A stretch of DNA of 64,000 nt from positions 199,662-263,661 of the forward strand of contig CBDDPW010000007.1 of NCBI GenBank assembly GCA_965232535.1. The letters run 5' to 3'. The notes under the pieces are model-generated. The model had not been told where the DNA came from and searched no databases. It was given only the letters and a program-made list of their open reading frames with translations. This document shows, in pieces, positions 1 to 10,681 of this stretch. Every line of letters begins with the position of its first letter. The first letter of the stretch is position 1. Origin of the DNA: Candidatus Poribacteria bacterium (GTDB lineage Bacteria; Poribacteria; WGA-4E; JAJDTR01). Position numbers and translations under genes: made by a program.

Positions 1-93
1 GGGTATGGTTATCGAGGAAATAAAAGTAGCACCACCGCTCGGAATCTTGTAGTTATGCTTGTTTACGCACTGAACACCGTTTGTCTCCAAACC

Positions 94-1557
94 TTATCTC
101 TTCGTTTCAGATTTCACGAAGTTCCCCGCTTTGCTGCGAATCCGCACTTTGCGGATACGACGCGAGTCAACGTCCGTAATCGTAATGAGTAGTTTATCCG
201 ATTCGATCCTGTCGCCCGGTTTTGGAATGCTTCCCGTTCGGTCAAGGAAGTAACCCGCCACGGTCTCATAATCACCTACCGGGATAGGAACTCCATACAA
301 ATCCGACAGAACACCAATCTCTGCCCGTCCGTCACATTCCAATAGACGCGGGCTAATCATGTGGAGTATCTCTGGCTCGTCCCGCTGGTCCCGTTCATCG
401 GACAGCTCTCCTACGATTTCCTCGACCAAATCCTCCACCGTGCTCAATCCTACAATCCCTCCATATTCATCCACGACGAACACCATAGTATGATGGCTCT
501 GCTGAACTTCTTTGAGAAGGACGTTTGTAGTCTTTGATGCGGGAACAAACTGAAGATCAGGCCGAATAAACGATTCAAGGCTTTGGGAGCTGTCGTTCGA
601 ATAGATAACGTCGAGTAGGTGAACAATCCCGATTATATTGTTGACTTGATCTTCGTAAACGGGAATACGGGAGAAGCCCGCTTCGGCCGCAATTTTCAAG
701 AATGTGTCAACGTCTGTATCTTTTTCAACAGCGACAATGTCAACCAAGGGTACCATTACCTGTTCGACTGTACGATTGTGAAGGTCGAGAACACTGTGAA
801 TCATACGTCGTTGGTCTTCCAAAATACCCCCTGATTGTTCTCCCATTGACGCTAACAGCCGCAATTCGTCGCGTTGGGCATCGGCCGAAGTCGGAGCCGC
901 CCGCCTTTCTCCGATTTTGACTAGGACGCTAGTAAGGTGCGTTATCCCATCAACGATTGGACGTAAGATTACGTTAGACATTCTCAACGGAACTGCGTAG
1001 CGTAGCGCTAGAGAGTTGGCTTTTACCCGAAAAACTGTCTTCGGTAGAAGCTCACCGAAAACCAAGATTAACGCTGTAGAAATCAAGGTTGCTACCGCTT
1101 GCTCGTTTGTCCGCAAATTCGTTACTATTGTCTGGGTTATTGAAGACATCTGCAGCAGTGCAATTACAAATAACAGCCCCATCTGAGATGCCACTACATT
1201 TGCGATGTTGGTGCCTACTAGCGTCATCCCAAGAGTTTTCTCGGGTGTGTCAACTAGTTTTTTCACTATCTGGGCTTTCTTATCTCCCTGTTCTGCAAGC
1301 TGATATATCTTGAGTCTATCAAGGGAAACTGTTGCCGTCTCCGATCCCGAATAGAAGGCTGATAAAACAACAAAAATTATCAGTCCACTCAAGAGAAGAA
1401 CAAACTGGAAGAGTTTATTTTCCCACGCCGCCCCTGGCTCGCCAACACTCGTCGCACCAACCAGAAATAAGCAACAAACTAGAATGAAGGCAACCCTCAA
1501 AATATGAACTCGATTCATCATAGCAACTACGGTACAGCCGAATTTGTCTGTACGCAC
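94..1557 (-). CDS. CNNM/HlyC-CorC family transporter (DUF21 membrane domain + CBS pair + CorC_HlyC domain)
   Basis: 487-aa ORF. The hydrophobic N-terminal third carries the 'YSGSETATVSL' DUF21 signature. A central CBS-pair region follows ('VMVPLVDIVAV...GFSRIPVYED'), then a C-terminal transporter-associated domain ('ETVAGYFLDRTGSIPKPGD'). The true start may be the internal MMNRV near 1518. Confidence 0.85.
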   Translation of the reverse strand: MRTDKFGCTVVAMMNRVHILRVAFILVCCLFLVGATSVGEPGAAWENKLFQFVLLLSGLIIFVVLSAFYSGSETATVSLDRLKIYQLAEQGDKKAQIVKKLVDTPEKTLGMTLVGTNIANVVASQMGLLFVIALLQMSSITQTIVTNLRTNEQAVATLISTALILVFGELLPKTVFRVKANSLALRYAVPLRMSNVILRPIVDGITHLTSVLVKIGERRAAPTSADAQRDELRLLASMGEQSGGILEDQRRMIHSVLDLHNRTVEQVMVPLVDIVAVEKDTDVDTFLKIAAEAGFSRIPVYEDQVNNIIGIVHLLDVIYSNDSSQSLESFIRPDLQFVPASKTTNVLLKEVQQSHHTMVFVVDEYGGIVGLSTVEDLVEEIVGELSDERDQRDEPEILHMISPRLLECDGRAEIGVLSDLYGVPIPVGDYETVAGYFLDRTGSIPKPGDRIESDKLLITITDVDSRRIRKVRIRSKAGNFVKSETKR

Positions 1558-1624
1558 GAACTGTTGAAATTAAATAAAAGTGGATGTGACAAACGCCGAT
1601 CCTGTGTTGATGTTAGTATTGCCC

Positions 1625-3013
1625 CTACTCAGTAGAATCCAAATCGGATTCAGTCTGTTGAGGGAGCGTCATAATTACAACACCAACGAAATTCCCATCC
1701 ATCGCGGCAATCTCGAATCGGATATCGTTTTGGTCATGCTCAGACTCTCCCACCGCAGGCACTCGACCAAAAAGAGCAAGAACATATCCTCCAATGGTGT
1801 CCGCGATGTCTTCGTCGAGCTTTAGGCGCAACTCTTGATTTATAGACTTGACGCTGACCCTTCCGGATACCTCAATGAGCGATGGGTTGTCCGGACTTGA
1901 GATAATGTTAGGTGACTTAAGCGTGGTATCATGTTCATCGACGATGTCGCCAACCAAGTGTTCGAGGATGTCTTCGATCGTCGCAATACCAGAGACGCCG
2001 CCGTATTCATCTAAGAGGACCGCCATTTTTGTTTTCTGCCGTGTAAGTTCCAGCAGAAGATCTGCGAGTTTCATCGTTTCAAGAACAAAAACGGGTTGAC
2101 GTACAAGAGTGTTTTCTATCTGAGGACCTCCTAGGAGATGACGTCGATTTAGGAATGTCGCCAAAGTCATCTTCCGGATGTCCACATGCCGCCACAGCGG
2201 TATATCTTTGGCCTGAAAAATTCCGCACGTGTCATCAATCTGATTCCGGTAGACAGGGATTCGGGAGAAACCAAACTCTCGTGCTTTCGCCAACACTTCT
2301 TGGATAGTCGCCGAGATGTCGAGTGCAATCATCTCGGTCCGCGCCACCATAATTTCTTTAGCTTCGATTGTTCGCAATTCAAGAACATTGCTGAGGATTG
2401 TACGTTCATCAGCTTGCAGTCCCTTGACTTGGTCCATGTTAAGAATGGTCTTGAAATCGCCGGCGGTCAAGCGCTCTGTTTTTGGGGTATGATTAGCGCC
2501 AAACAAGGGCATTAGGAAATCCACGATAACTCGCAGAAAAGCGCGAAGGGGTGAGATTACTATGGAAAAACTCCATAGAGATCGAGCGGTAATGCGGGCA
2601 AAGAACTCCGGATGTCTGATCGCGTGAGTTTTGGGGACAATCTCACCGAAGACTAATAATGGTGGGACAATCAATACCGTTCCAACAACAAACTCAGCGG
2701 CATGTTGAAGGACGTCATTGTTGAGTTTCTTTAGGTGTTCAAAAACCGGCAAATCACGAATGAGCCAATAAGCTATCGTTGCAAAGGCTACGTTGACAAG
2801 AGTGTTGCCGAGTAGGAGGGTGATGAACAAACGGCGGGGATTGTCGACGAAATTGACAATGGCAATGCTATTCTTCCTCTTTTCGGTCCGAAGACGTTCT
2901 ACCTGCACCTTTGTCAGTGCACATAACGCAGTCTCTGACCCCGAGAAAAAGCCGGAAAGAAAAAGAAGCAACCCCAATCCTATCAATTGGGGTAAGGGTT
3001 GGTCAATTTCCAT
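1625..3013 (-). CDS. CNNM/HlyC-CorC family transporter, tandem paralogue
   Basis: 462-aa ORF with the same architecture as the neighbour: 'FFSGSETALCAL', CBS pair ('IMVARTEMIALD...GFSRIPVYRN'), and C-terminal 'DTIGGYVLALFGRVPAVGE'. Confidence 0.85.
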   Translation of the reverse strand: MEIDQPLPQLIGLGLLLFLSGFFSGSETALCALTKVQVERLRTEKRKNSIAIVNFVDNPRRLFITLLLGNTLVNVAFATIAYWLIRDLPVFEHLKKLNNDVLQHAAEFVVGTVLIVPPLLVFGEIVPKTHAIRHPEFFARITARSLWSFSIVISPLRAFLRVIVDFLMPLFGANHTPKTERLTAGDFKTILNMDQVKGLQADERTILSNVLELRTIEAKEIMVARTEMIALDISATIQEVLAKAREFGFSRIPVYRNQIDDTCGIFQAKDIPLWRHVDIRKMTLATFLNRRHLLGGPQIENTLVRQPVFVLETMKLADLLLELTRQKTKMAVLLDEYGGVSGIATIEDILEHLVGDIVDEHDTTLKSPNIISSPDNPSLIEVSGRVSVKSINQELRLKLDEDIADTIGGYVLALFGRVPAVGESEHDQNDIRFEIAAMDGNFVGVVIMTLPQQTESDLDSTE

Positions 3014-3336
3014 GTTTGATGGAATTCAAAATACAATGGGCCGGCATATTGAAATGCCGATGATTTGCACAATCTATGCGGCACGAATCCCGCGTACGTT
3101 TTATCGGAGGACAATCGGGTGATTGAGGACGCGAATACACGATGTATTCAAACCTGTGAAACCCCATATGCACTTCCCTCGAATTTGGCAAATCTGGCTT
3201 AAGTATAGCACATCGTCCCGCCAATAACAACAGTAATTCGATTATTTGGCATTGACACTAAAGTGATAATGTGATACTCTCTCATTTGCACGAGTATGAA
3301 ATCCGAGTGTTTTCGGACGGACGAGGAGATTTAACC

Positions 3337-5403
3337 ATGCAAATCAACGGATTGGTCATGGGGAAATATCGGATTGAAAAGTTAATCAACAACGGCAGTT
3401 TTGCGTCCGTTTTCCGCGCTAAGGAAGAACTTACAAATCGTATTGTAGCTATCAAGGCATTACCAAAGTCCGTTTATCCGTCGGGACGATTGCGCTATTT
3501 GATGGCCGAACTGAGCGCCATGACGCTGAATTGGGGACATGAAAACATTGTCTCCATTCATACAGTCGAACCGGGCGAAGATGAATATATTGCTTATATC
3601 GTTATGGAGTACATAGACGGTTCCACACTCCATGAACGGATGGCCGCCGAATCGTTTTCTCCTAGTCGTGCAGTCAATATTGCCTTAGATATCTGTCGAG
3701 GGCTTACCGCCGTACATGCACAGAACATCATCCATCGAGATATCAAGCCTCAGAACATCCTCTTGACATCCGATGGCACCGCGAAACTCGGCGATTTTGG
3801 CGTTGCGTGTATACTTGAAGCAACGGATGACATTGCGGCAACAGTCACAGGCACTCGGAAATACATGGCGCCTGAGCAGTATGACGGTGAATACGACTAT
3901 CGCGTAGATCTATATTCATTGGGACTGGTTCTATATGAAATGTTGACCGGTCAATTTCCGTTCCGAGGGCGAAATCATGACGAAATAAAGATTAAAAAAC
4001 TTGATGCAGAAATTGAGTTCGACCATGAAGTGCCTGAAGAATTACACGGTTTTCTACAGAAGGTCTTGCACAGAAGTGTCAACTCCCGTTACCAGAGCGC
4101 TACGGAAATGTATCAAGATCTGGATGCCATTCGTGCCACGTGGTATGCAAAGACAGTGCGCGAAGAGTTAATCCAATCGCCGAACACTGATTTGACTAAT
4201 GAAAAACTCGCCAGAACGCGTGAGGACTTACGGCTTTCGCCTGATCTGGCGCGGTGGATAGAACTTGAAATTCATTACCAGCACCGAATTGAAGAGGAGC
4301 GGCAAATACGACACCAGCTTGAACAGGACACTAGCGCATGCTATGAACGTGCTATCAATTATATCCATCAGCATAGTCCGGTCGATGCGTTACGAGAACT
4401 AAAAGAAGTACATAATCATTACTCGACGGAAATCGGACTTTCAAATCAAGTAAAGAAAATCTTCAGGTCATTGATAGATGCATTCACGATTGCCAAAGCT
4501 CCTTCCGGCGCAAAGGATATAGTGCGTTTGGTCGAACTATTGCCTGCCAATGAGGTGGAGGAACTTAAAACTTGGTTCTATCAACGATCGCTCCCTAATC
4601 ACGTTGACGAATCTCACGATATACTGGATTCGACAGGAAGCGATATAGAGGACGACGGTTCGGATCTACCGCTTGCACCTACTACCGATTCCTCGCCAAC
4701 CCAACCACTTCTCGCAGAGTCTGTATTGCGGTCGCTACATGAAAAGACAAAATACCCTCACGAGAGAGCGGCCGCTCAAATTTGCCGCACGGCTGAGAAC
4801 TTTACGCGGCAGAAGAACAAACGCGCACGTTCCGAATATAAGAAACTTGCAGAACTTTACGTTGAGTCTGCCGCACACTTTGTCGACACCGATGATTGGG
4901 AAGCGGCTGCGGACTGTTATGCCCGCGCTCGTTTAGCTTATGTCGCGGCTAAACGCACTGGAAGTGCAAGAACAATGGCGAACGAGGCCGGGGATTGTTA
5001 TGCCAAACGCGCTGAGGTTATGAGTAGACGGCAGCTGTGGGAAGAAGCTGCAACTCAATGTGTTCTATCGGCCGACCATTTTAAACACGGAGAATCCAAT
5101 GAGTCGGCTGAGGAGGGTTGGTCGAACGCAACGATTTATTATTTGAATGCTGCTGAGGACGCCTGTTCGGCTGGAGACGTTGAGCGTGTTGAGGTATATT
5201 GTCAAAAAATCTTTGCAATTGCCGAGAACATCCAGCGGCCATCAAAAGCGGCAGCAGCAGCACGAAGACTAATGGGTGAAATAGAGGAATCGATAGCAAC
5301 CCCGTCGCAAGTAAACATTCAAGAGCCCGAACGTTATCCTCCGAAATCAGTCGTAACACACAAAGACATCTCGCCGATGAATCAGTGGCAAGCGAGAAGA
5401 TAG
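3337..5403 (+). CDS. Ser/Thr protein kinase with a long helical-repeat C-terminal region
   Basis: Hanks kinase motifs are present: 'VAIKAL' (VAIK), 'HRDIKPQNILL' (catalytic loop), 'DFG', 'APE'. I prefer the ATG at 3337 (MQINGLVMGKYRIEKL), which has AGGAG 9 nt upstream, over the GTG at 3271 used by the ORF track. The C-terminal ~430 aa has no TM segment and shows alanine-rich helical repeats. Confidence 0.85.
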   Translation: MQINGLVMGKYRIEKLINNGSFASVFRAKEELTNRIVAIKALPKSVYPSGRLRYLMAELSAMTLNWGHENIVSIHTVEPGEDEYIAYIVMEYIDGSTLHERMAAESFSPSRAVNIALDICRGLTAVHAQNIIHRDIKPQNILLTSDGTAKLGDFGVACILEATDDIAATVTGTRKYMAPEQYDGEYDYRVDLYSLGLVLYEMLTGQFPFRGRNHDEIKIKKLDAEIEFDHEVPEELHGFLQKVLHRSVNSRYQSATEMYQDLDAIRATWYAKTVREELIQSPNTDLTNEKLARTREDLRLSPDLARWIELEIHYQHRIEEERQIRHQLEQDTSACYERAINYIHQHSPVDALRELKEVHNHYSTEIGLSNQVKKIFRSLIDAFTIAKAPSGAKDIVRLVELLPANEVEELKTWFYQRSLPNHVDESHDILDSTGSDIEDDGSDLPLAPTTDSSPTQPLLAESVLRSLHEKTKYPHERAAAQICRTAENFTRQKNKRARSEYKKLAELYVESAAHFVDTDDWEAAADCYARARLAYVAAKRTGSARTMANEAGDCYAKRAEVMSRRQLWEEAATQCVLSADHFKHGESNESAEEGWSNATIYYLNAAEDACSAGDVERVEVYCQKIFAIAENIQRPSKAAAAARRLMGEIEESIATPSQVNIQEPERYPPKSVVTHKDISPMNQWQARR

Positions 5404-5773
5404 TTTAGTAAGTGTGAAACAACCATATCCTTTATAACTCTGCATAGATCAAGAATCGTGTTGGATGGTAATGTTGTCCCGGAATTGGTCAGTATGCCGG
5501 CTCAAACCATACACTTGCAACAGCGATTGATCGATATTCTCGCGATTCACGTATAGCTCTTTTTGCTCGGTGTTAATCTTTTCCGACCTGCCTGCCTTAG
5601 AGATTCCTCACCCTCAACCTCGCATATTGATAGGTGCTTTTTCCCCCGGCATGGGCAAGCCCTCGCAATTGATGTCGCCGATTGGCGAAACCTTGAAAAT
5701 AGACTAATCGATTCTTGACTAGTATCCGGTGTGGCGAATCGGGGCAGTACAGAAATACGAGTAAAGAACCGCT

Positions 5774-6373
5774 TCAACCCGAAATTTTTGCCCATAGTTC
5801 TTCGGAAAACATGCTCCTAAGCGTATCGGATGGATCCGACATAACAGGCAAGCCGAGCTTGAGGAAAACCTTATTCCAACGCCCAGGCTGATCGCCATCA
5901 ATGCACACAGGAACAAAGTCAAGGTTCAGGTAGGTCTTTATAGCCGGCAAACGGAAATCGTCTGTACCAAGAATCGCACACTTGAAATCACGTTGTTGGA
6001 AGAAGTGCAAAGCGCATAGTGTCACGGATGTGCCGAGTCGCTGTCCGGTATGCTCAGGAGTTACAGCGACCATGTGAACCGAACCCATCTCGGATTCCTC
6101 GGGCTCAAGGACACGCGCGTAGGTAGTGGCTACCGGAATGCCTTGGCAGGTCGCAAAGAATAGACCCTCAGGATTGAATAACGATTTACGGCCGATGTCA
6201 TCGTAAAAATCTTTGAGAGTGAATGTTGTGTTGAACGAAGTGTTAATCACATTCACCCAATGGGCATCATCGCCCTCCTCGTAGGTTCGAATTTCGTACC
6301 CGTCCGGGACTCTGATTTCCGGCAACCCATCAAGGTTTGGTCGCACCATCCTGAGTTGTCTTGGCATCCGCAA
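5774..6373 (-). CDS. GNAT family N-acetyltransferase
   Basis: 199-aa ORF with an acetyl-CoA-binding motif-A-like 'VAVTPEHTGQRLGTSV' and typical GNAT length. Confidence 0.65.
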   Translation of the reverse strand: MRMPRQLRMVRPNLDGLPEIRVPDGYEIRTYEEGDDAHWVNVINTSFNTTFTLKDFYDDIGRKSLFNPEGLFFATCQGIPVATTYARVLEPEESEMGSVHMVAVTPEHTGQRLGTSVTLCALHFFQQRDFKCAILGTDDFRLPAIKTYLNLDFVPVCIDGDQPGRWNKVFLKLGLPVMSDPSDTLRSMFSEELWAKISG

Positions 6374-6420
6374 TTCTCCTTTAAGAGCGTAGGTTCGTTG
6401 TTTCGCGTATAAGTATACAA

Positions 6421-6593
6421 ACCAATGGTGCTAGTATATGTAGTATTTAAATCATAAATGACATACTATATACTGACACGATGATGTGCGATTATGCGCG
6501 GTTGACAAATGTTGCGCCTACCTGACCTGCTAACAACCTAGATATAGTATGTCATTGAAAATCATGTACCAATTAACTAGCACCAAAGGTTAC
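6421..6593. repeat. 173-bp nested imperfect palindrome in the divergent GNAT/aroK intergenic region
   Basis: The outer arms 'acc..tggtgctagt' (6421-6434) and 'actagcacca..ggt' (6577-6590) are complementary. The inner arms 'aatgacatactatat' (6458-6472) and 'atatagtatgtcatt' (6542-6556) are a perfect 15-bp inverted repeat. The central ~70 bp is non-palindromic. Confidence 0.7.
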
Positions 6594-6651
6594 AACACGC
6601 ATGCCTGAAAAAATTTACGGCGAGGTTTGGGATTCAAGTAGAGCGTAAAAT

Positions 6652-7170
6652 ATGCCGAATATCATCTTAGTTGGATTCATGGGTACAGGTAAAACATCTG
6701 TAGGACGGCGACTGTCTCGGTGTTTGGAGATGCCCTACCTTGATACCGACGAGATTATTGAACAAAGTGCCGGACGGCGTATCACCGACATTTTCGCTCA
6801 GCATGGCGAATCGTATTTTCGTGAACTGGAAAGCGAGGCGGTTCAAAAGATTTCGAGTTTGGACAAGCACGTAATCTCGACCGGCGGGGGAATTGTGCTT
6901 CGGGCTGGAAATCTGGATATTCTTAAGCGCAATGGGCTAGTTTTCTGTCTGACGGCAACGTCAGAGGAAATTTGGGCGCGGGTGAAGAACGAAACACATC
7001 GACCATTGCTAAAAGCGCCAGAACCTGTAGAAAAGATACGCAAGATGCTCGAAGCCCGCGAGGCATATTATGCTTTAGCCGACTACACAATTCAGACCGA
7101 CGGCTTACCAATTGAGCAAGTCACGGATGAAGTCATAGAGGTGTTCCAAAATGCCATCAATTCGCGTTGA
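6652..7170 (+). CDS. aroK: shikimate kinase
   Basis: 172 aa, P-loop 'GFMGTGKTSVGRRL', 'TGGG' shikimate-binding motif. Immediately precedes and overlaps aroB. Confidence 0.9.
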   Translation: MPNIILVGFMGTGKTSVGRRLSRCLEMPYLDTDEIIEQSAGRRITDIFAQHGESYFRELESEAVQKISSLDKHVISTGGGIVLRAGNLDILKRNGLVFCLTATSEEIWARVKNETHRPLLKAPEPVEKIRKMLEAREAYYALADYTIQTDGLPIEQVTDEVIEVFQNAINSR

Positions 7171-8263
7171 ACTACGCGAAAACAGTTACCCCATCATTGT
7201 AGATCAGAAAATTCTGGGCAAGACGGGTGAACTGCTACGATCGCAAACGAAATCGGAAAAAGTCATTGTGATTGCAGATGCATTCGTGAGCCGCCGATAC
7301 GGGGGCAAGGTGCTGGAGAGCTTATCGAATGCCGGTTTCGATGCTCGCATGACGGAAGTTCCTTCAGGCGAAGAGCATAAGTCGCTCGAATGGTTCGGTA
7401 GATTGCAGGATCAGCTTGTCAATCATCGAATGGACCGCACATCAACACTTATCGCGCTCGGCGGCGGCGTCATTGGCGACCTTGCCGGATTCGTCGCCGC
7501 TACATACATGCGTGGTATTTCGTATGTCCAGATTCCAACCACATTGCAGGCGCAAGTCGATGCGAGCGTTGGAGGCAAAACCGGAATCAATCACCCGGAC
7601 GGAAAGAACCTTATCGGTGCGTTTTATCAACCGAAATTCGTCCTGATTGATGTATCAACGCTTAAATCGTTGTCACCTCGCGACGTTCGTGCGGGGTTCA
7701 TCGAAGTCATCAAACACGGCGTAATCATGGACGTTCCGTTATTCGATCAGATTGAAGAAAACCTTGATGCGATTCTCAATCTCGATTCAAATATTCTTAT
7801 CAGCGTAATCGCCAGATCGTGTGCGGACAAAGCCGAAGTTGTTGCTGGCGATGAGAAAGAAAGCCGCCTGCGAATGACACTCAATTATGGTCACACCTTT
7901 GGCCATGCCCTTGAATCCATCACGGATTACAATGCATACCGGCACGGCGAGGCCGTGGCAATCGGCATGAGCTGCGCTGCTCAACTCGCTTGCAACCTTG
8001 GAATGTTGTCACTATCCGATATGGAACGTCAAAAGCGGCTAATCCAACGTACGGGACTTCCCACGAGTTTCCCTTCAGGAATGCAACCGGATTTGCTTCT
8101 TAATGCTATGTACCTTGACAAGAAAGCGAAAGGTGGAAGATTGAACCTCGTCCTTCCGACAAGAATTGGCGAAGTAGATATCCGCGATGACATCAATGAT
8201 TCAGATGTTTTACACGCAATCTCGCAGTGCATAGGAATTGAAACGTCCTCCCCGCTGCCGTGA
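7151..8263 (+). CDS. aroB: 3-dehydroquinate synthase
   Basis: 370 aa with 'GGGVIGDLAGFVAATYMRGI', 'PTTLQAQVDASVGGKTGIN' and 'LNYGHTFGHALE' (metal and NAD sites). Overlaps aroK by 20 nt. Confidence 0.9.
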   Translation: MPSIRVELRENSYPIIVDQKILGKTGELLRSQTKSEKVIVIADAFVSRRYGGKVLESLSNAGFDARMTEVPSGEEHKSLEWFGRLQDQLVNHRMDRTSTLIALGGGVIGDLAGFVAATYMRGISYVQIPTTLQAQVDASVGGKTGINHPDGKNLIGAFYQPKFVLIDVSTLKSLSPRDVRAGFIEVIKHGVIMDVPLFDQIEENLDAILNLDSNILISVIARSCADKAEVVAGDEKESRLRMTLNYGHTFGHALESITDYNAYRHGEAVAIGMSCAAQLACNLGMLSLSDMERQKRLIQRTGLPTSFPSGMQPDLLLNAMYLDKKAKGGRLNLVLPTRIGEVDIRDDINDSDVLHAISQCIGIETSSPLP

Positions 8264-8349
8264 GATTGGACAATAGAGACGTGCGGTAATTCTGCGTCTC
8301 GAGTGAAAGGAATCAGGAATAACACTGTTTCAACGTTTTTCGCGAATGC

Positions 8350-8913
8350 TCAATTACCGTCCAGTCCAAGCTCTTTTGCGATGCCCGTCATGGCATCGAT
8401 AACAAACGCGATATGTTCCTTCAGCGGGACACCGAGACTCTCGGCTCCCTCGTGGATATCTTTTCTATTCACCGTGCGTGCGAACGCTTTGTCTTTGAGT
8501 TTTTTCTGCACCGAGGAAATCCTTACGTCGGCTATCCTCCTGCTTGGACGAACGAGAGCCACGGCAGTTACGAATCCAGCCAATTCATCGACAGCATAGA
8601 GAGTCTTATCCATAAGGCTCATTCGTTCAAGTCCAAGGTAATCGGCATGCGAACGGATTGCATAAATCACGTCAGGTGGATAACCCTTTTCCTTAAGGAT
8701 TTTCGCCCCTACCTCCGGGTGTTGATCGGGGGATGGGTACATCTCGTAGTCGAAATCGTGCAATAAGCCGACGATTCCCCACTTTTCTTCATCTTCACCC
8801 CATTTCCGGGCATATGCCCTCATGCAGGCTTCAACAGCCAAAGCGTGTTTGACTAACCCGTCCTTCTGCGTGTATTCTCGAAGAAGTTCTAAGGCACTAT
8901 CTCTATTCATCAA
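8350..8913 (-). CDS. HD-domain (HDIG-type) phosphohydrolase
   Basis: 187 aa with the H...HD signature ('KHALAVEACM...GLLHDFDYE'). Confidence 0.75.
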   Translation of the reverse strand: MMNRDSALELLREYTQKDGLVKHALAVEACMRAYARKWGEDEEKWGIVGLLHDFDYEMYPSPDQHPEVGAKILKEKGYPPDVIYAIRSHADYLGLERMSLMDKTLYAVDELAGFVTAVALVRPSRRIADVRISSVQKKLKDKAFARTVNRKDIHEGAESLGVPLKEHIAFVIDAMTGIAKELGLDGN

Positions 8914-9017
8914 CCAATCTCCATAGTAGCGCGCGTATTAACCTGCTGTATTGGCTTTGCTGATCTCCTGCCCCACAACATCCATCCACTCTCAATCTAA
9001 CACCACTTCTACCCACA

Positions 9018-10622
9018 TCAATCTACCAGTCTCGGCTGTTCATCGCGGCAGAGAACGATATGTTTTTTCCAGTGAACATCGTCAAGATCGGGATATTCTT
9101 CTCGAAAGTGTGCGCCGCGACTCTCCGTTCGAATAATGGCGGCTTCGGTAATCAAACTCGCGACATCAAGTATGTTCTGGAACTCAAACGCTGTCATACT
9201 AGACCAAGAACGCACCTGATTCATTTCTCTCAAAACGTCGCGGGCAATTTTGAGTCCGGTTTCCGACCTCAGGATACCAACGGCTTCCCACATCAATTGG
9301 CGAATTTTTTCCTTGCCGCATTCCACGTCAAACGAGTCCGTAATACTATGGCTACTCTCCGATTGAACCCGAACTCTCTCCACGTCTTTTTTGTCCAGTC
9401 GTCGAGCATAATTGACAGCAGACTCTGCCGCGCGCGATCCAAATACTATACACTCCAGCAAGGAGTTGCTTGCGAGGCGATTTGCACCGTGGACTCCTGT
9501 ACATGCCACCTCACCGCACGCGTATAGCCCGCTGACATTTGTCTCTGCATTCAGATTGGTCCGTATGCCGCCCATCATGAAATGCGCTCCTGATCGGACG
9601 GGTATGAGGTCCTTCGTGATATCGAGTCCGTAATGTCCGCACGTGCGGGAAATGGTCGGAAATCGTTTCTGAATAAAGTCCGGCGACAGATGTGTAACAT
9701 CGAGATAGACACACGGAAATCCGGTTGACTGCATTTCATTCAGAATCGCCCGGCTAACTACATCTCTCGGAGCGAGTTCCGCATTCTCATGGTATCTTCC
9801 CATGAATTGTTCGCCGCGAATGTTCACTAGCACTCCTCCTTCGCCGCGAACCGCTTCCGATATTAGGAAATGAGGTGCGCCATCCAGAATAAGGGTTGTT
9901 GGGTGAAATTGAACGAACTCCATGTCCATCATCTCACAGCCCGCGCGCCATGCGGCGGCGAATCCATCACCTGTCGCCACGTCGGGATTCGATGTGCACT
10001 GATACACGCACCCCAGTCCTCCGGCTGCTAGAATCGTGGCTTTTGCTCGAATCCAATGCACCACGTCATGAACAAGCGCAAGCACCCCGTAGCAAGTTTC
10101 GTCTTCCGTGATGATGTCTATGGCAAATGCGTTTTCAACCACCTTTACATGTTTCTGTTTCCGGAGGTGGTTGACCAAGGCATCCGTTGTCTCGATGCCG
10201 GTAGCATCCCCTCGATGGACAACGCGCCGCCGCTGATGGGCTCCTTCCATGGTAAAGCCAAGGGTATCTCCCTCTTTGTCAAACTGCGCGCCCCATTCGA
10301 TCAATTCCGCAACCCGTTCAATGCCCTCCTCTACCATGACTTGAACGGCTTGCGGGTTGCATATACCCACCCCTGCTTTCAGAGTGTCTTCAACGTGTAA
10401 GTCGATGGTGTCGTCGACATTCATCGCTACTGCAATTCCACCTTGAGCATAGCGCGTGCTGCTCTCTTTCAGTGCGCTCTTCGTCATCAGAAGCACACTC
10501 CCATGTTTGTTGGCTTCAATCGCTGCTCGTAACCCGGCACTTCCACTCCCGATTACCAAGAAATCGGTATCGATAACCGGTAGTGTCGAAGTATCAAATG
10601 GAAGGATATATCGGCCGTTCAT
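9018..10622 (-). CDS. nadB: L-aspartate oxidase
   Basis: 534 aa. FAD dinucleotide fold 'VIGSGSAGLRAA', 'YAQGGIA', 'HPTT', and succinate-dehydrogenase/fumarate-reductase flavoprotein-like 'GLYACGEVACTGVHGANRLASNSLLE'. Confidence 0.9.
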   Translation of the reverse strand: MNGRYILPFDTSTLPVIDTDFLVIGSGSAGLRAAIEANKHGSVLLMTKSALKESSTRYAQGGIAVAMNVDDTIDLHVEDTLKAGVGICNPQAVQVMVEEGIERVAELIEWGAQFDKEGDTLGFTMEGAHQRRRVVHRGDATGIETTDALVNHLRKQKHVKVVENAFAIDIITEDETCYGVLALVHDVVHWIRAKATILAAGGLGCVYQCTSNPDVATGDGFAAAWRAGCEMMDMEFVQFHPTTLILDGAPHFLISEAVRGEGGVLVNIRGEQFMGRYHENAELAPRDVVSRAILNEMQSTGFPCVYLDVTHLSPDFIQKRFPTISRTCGHYGLDITKDLIPVRSGAHFMMGGIRTNLNAETNVSGLYACGEVACTGVHGANRLASNSLLECIVFGSRAAESAVNYARRLDKKDVERVRVQSESSHSITDSFDVECGKEKIRQLMWEAVGILRSETGLKIARDVLREMNQVRSWSSMTAFEFQNILDVASLITEAAIIRTESRGAHFREEYPDLDDVHWKKHIVLCRDEQPRLVD

Positions 10623-10681
10623 AATGTCTTGTCAGGGAGAATGGAAACCTGTATCAGCTCAAATCTTCTCCATTTCTAAAT

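Noticed and set aside
94-3013. Tandem CNNM/CorC paralogues as something unusual.
   Set aside because: Tandem duplication of this transporter family is common. Both copies look intact and conventional.
5404-5773. Minus-strand reading frame giving '...EKINTEQKELYVNRENIDQSLLQVYGLSRHTDQFRDNITIQHDS*' between the kinase and GNAT genes, considered as a gene remnant.
   Set aside because: It has no start codon and is preceded by an in-frame stop after about 52 codons. I recognise no family.
8276-8300. Hairpin 'gagacg-N13-cgtctc' between the convergent aroB and HD-domain genes, considered as a bidirectional terminator.
   Set aside because: The stem is only 6 bp with a 13-nt loop, and no U-tract follows on either strand.
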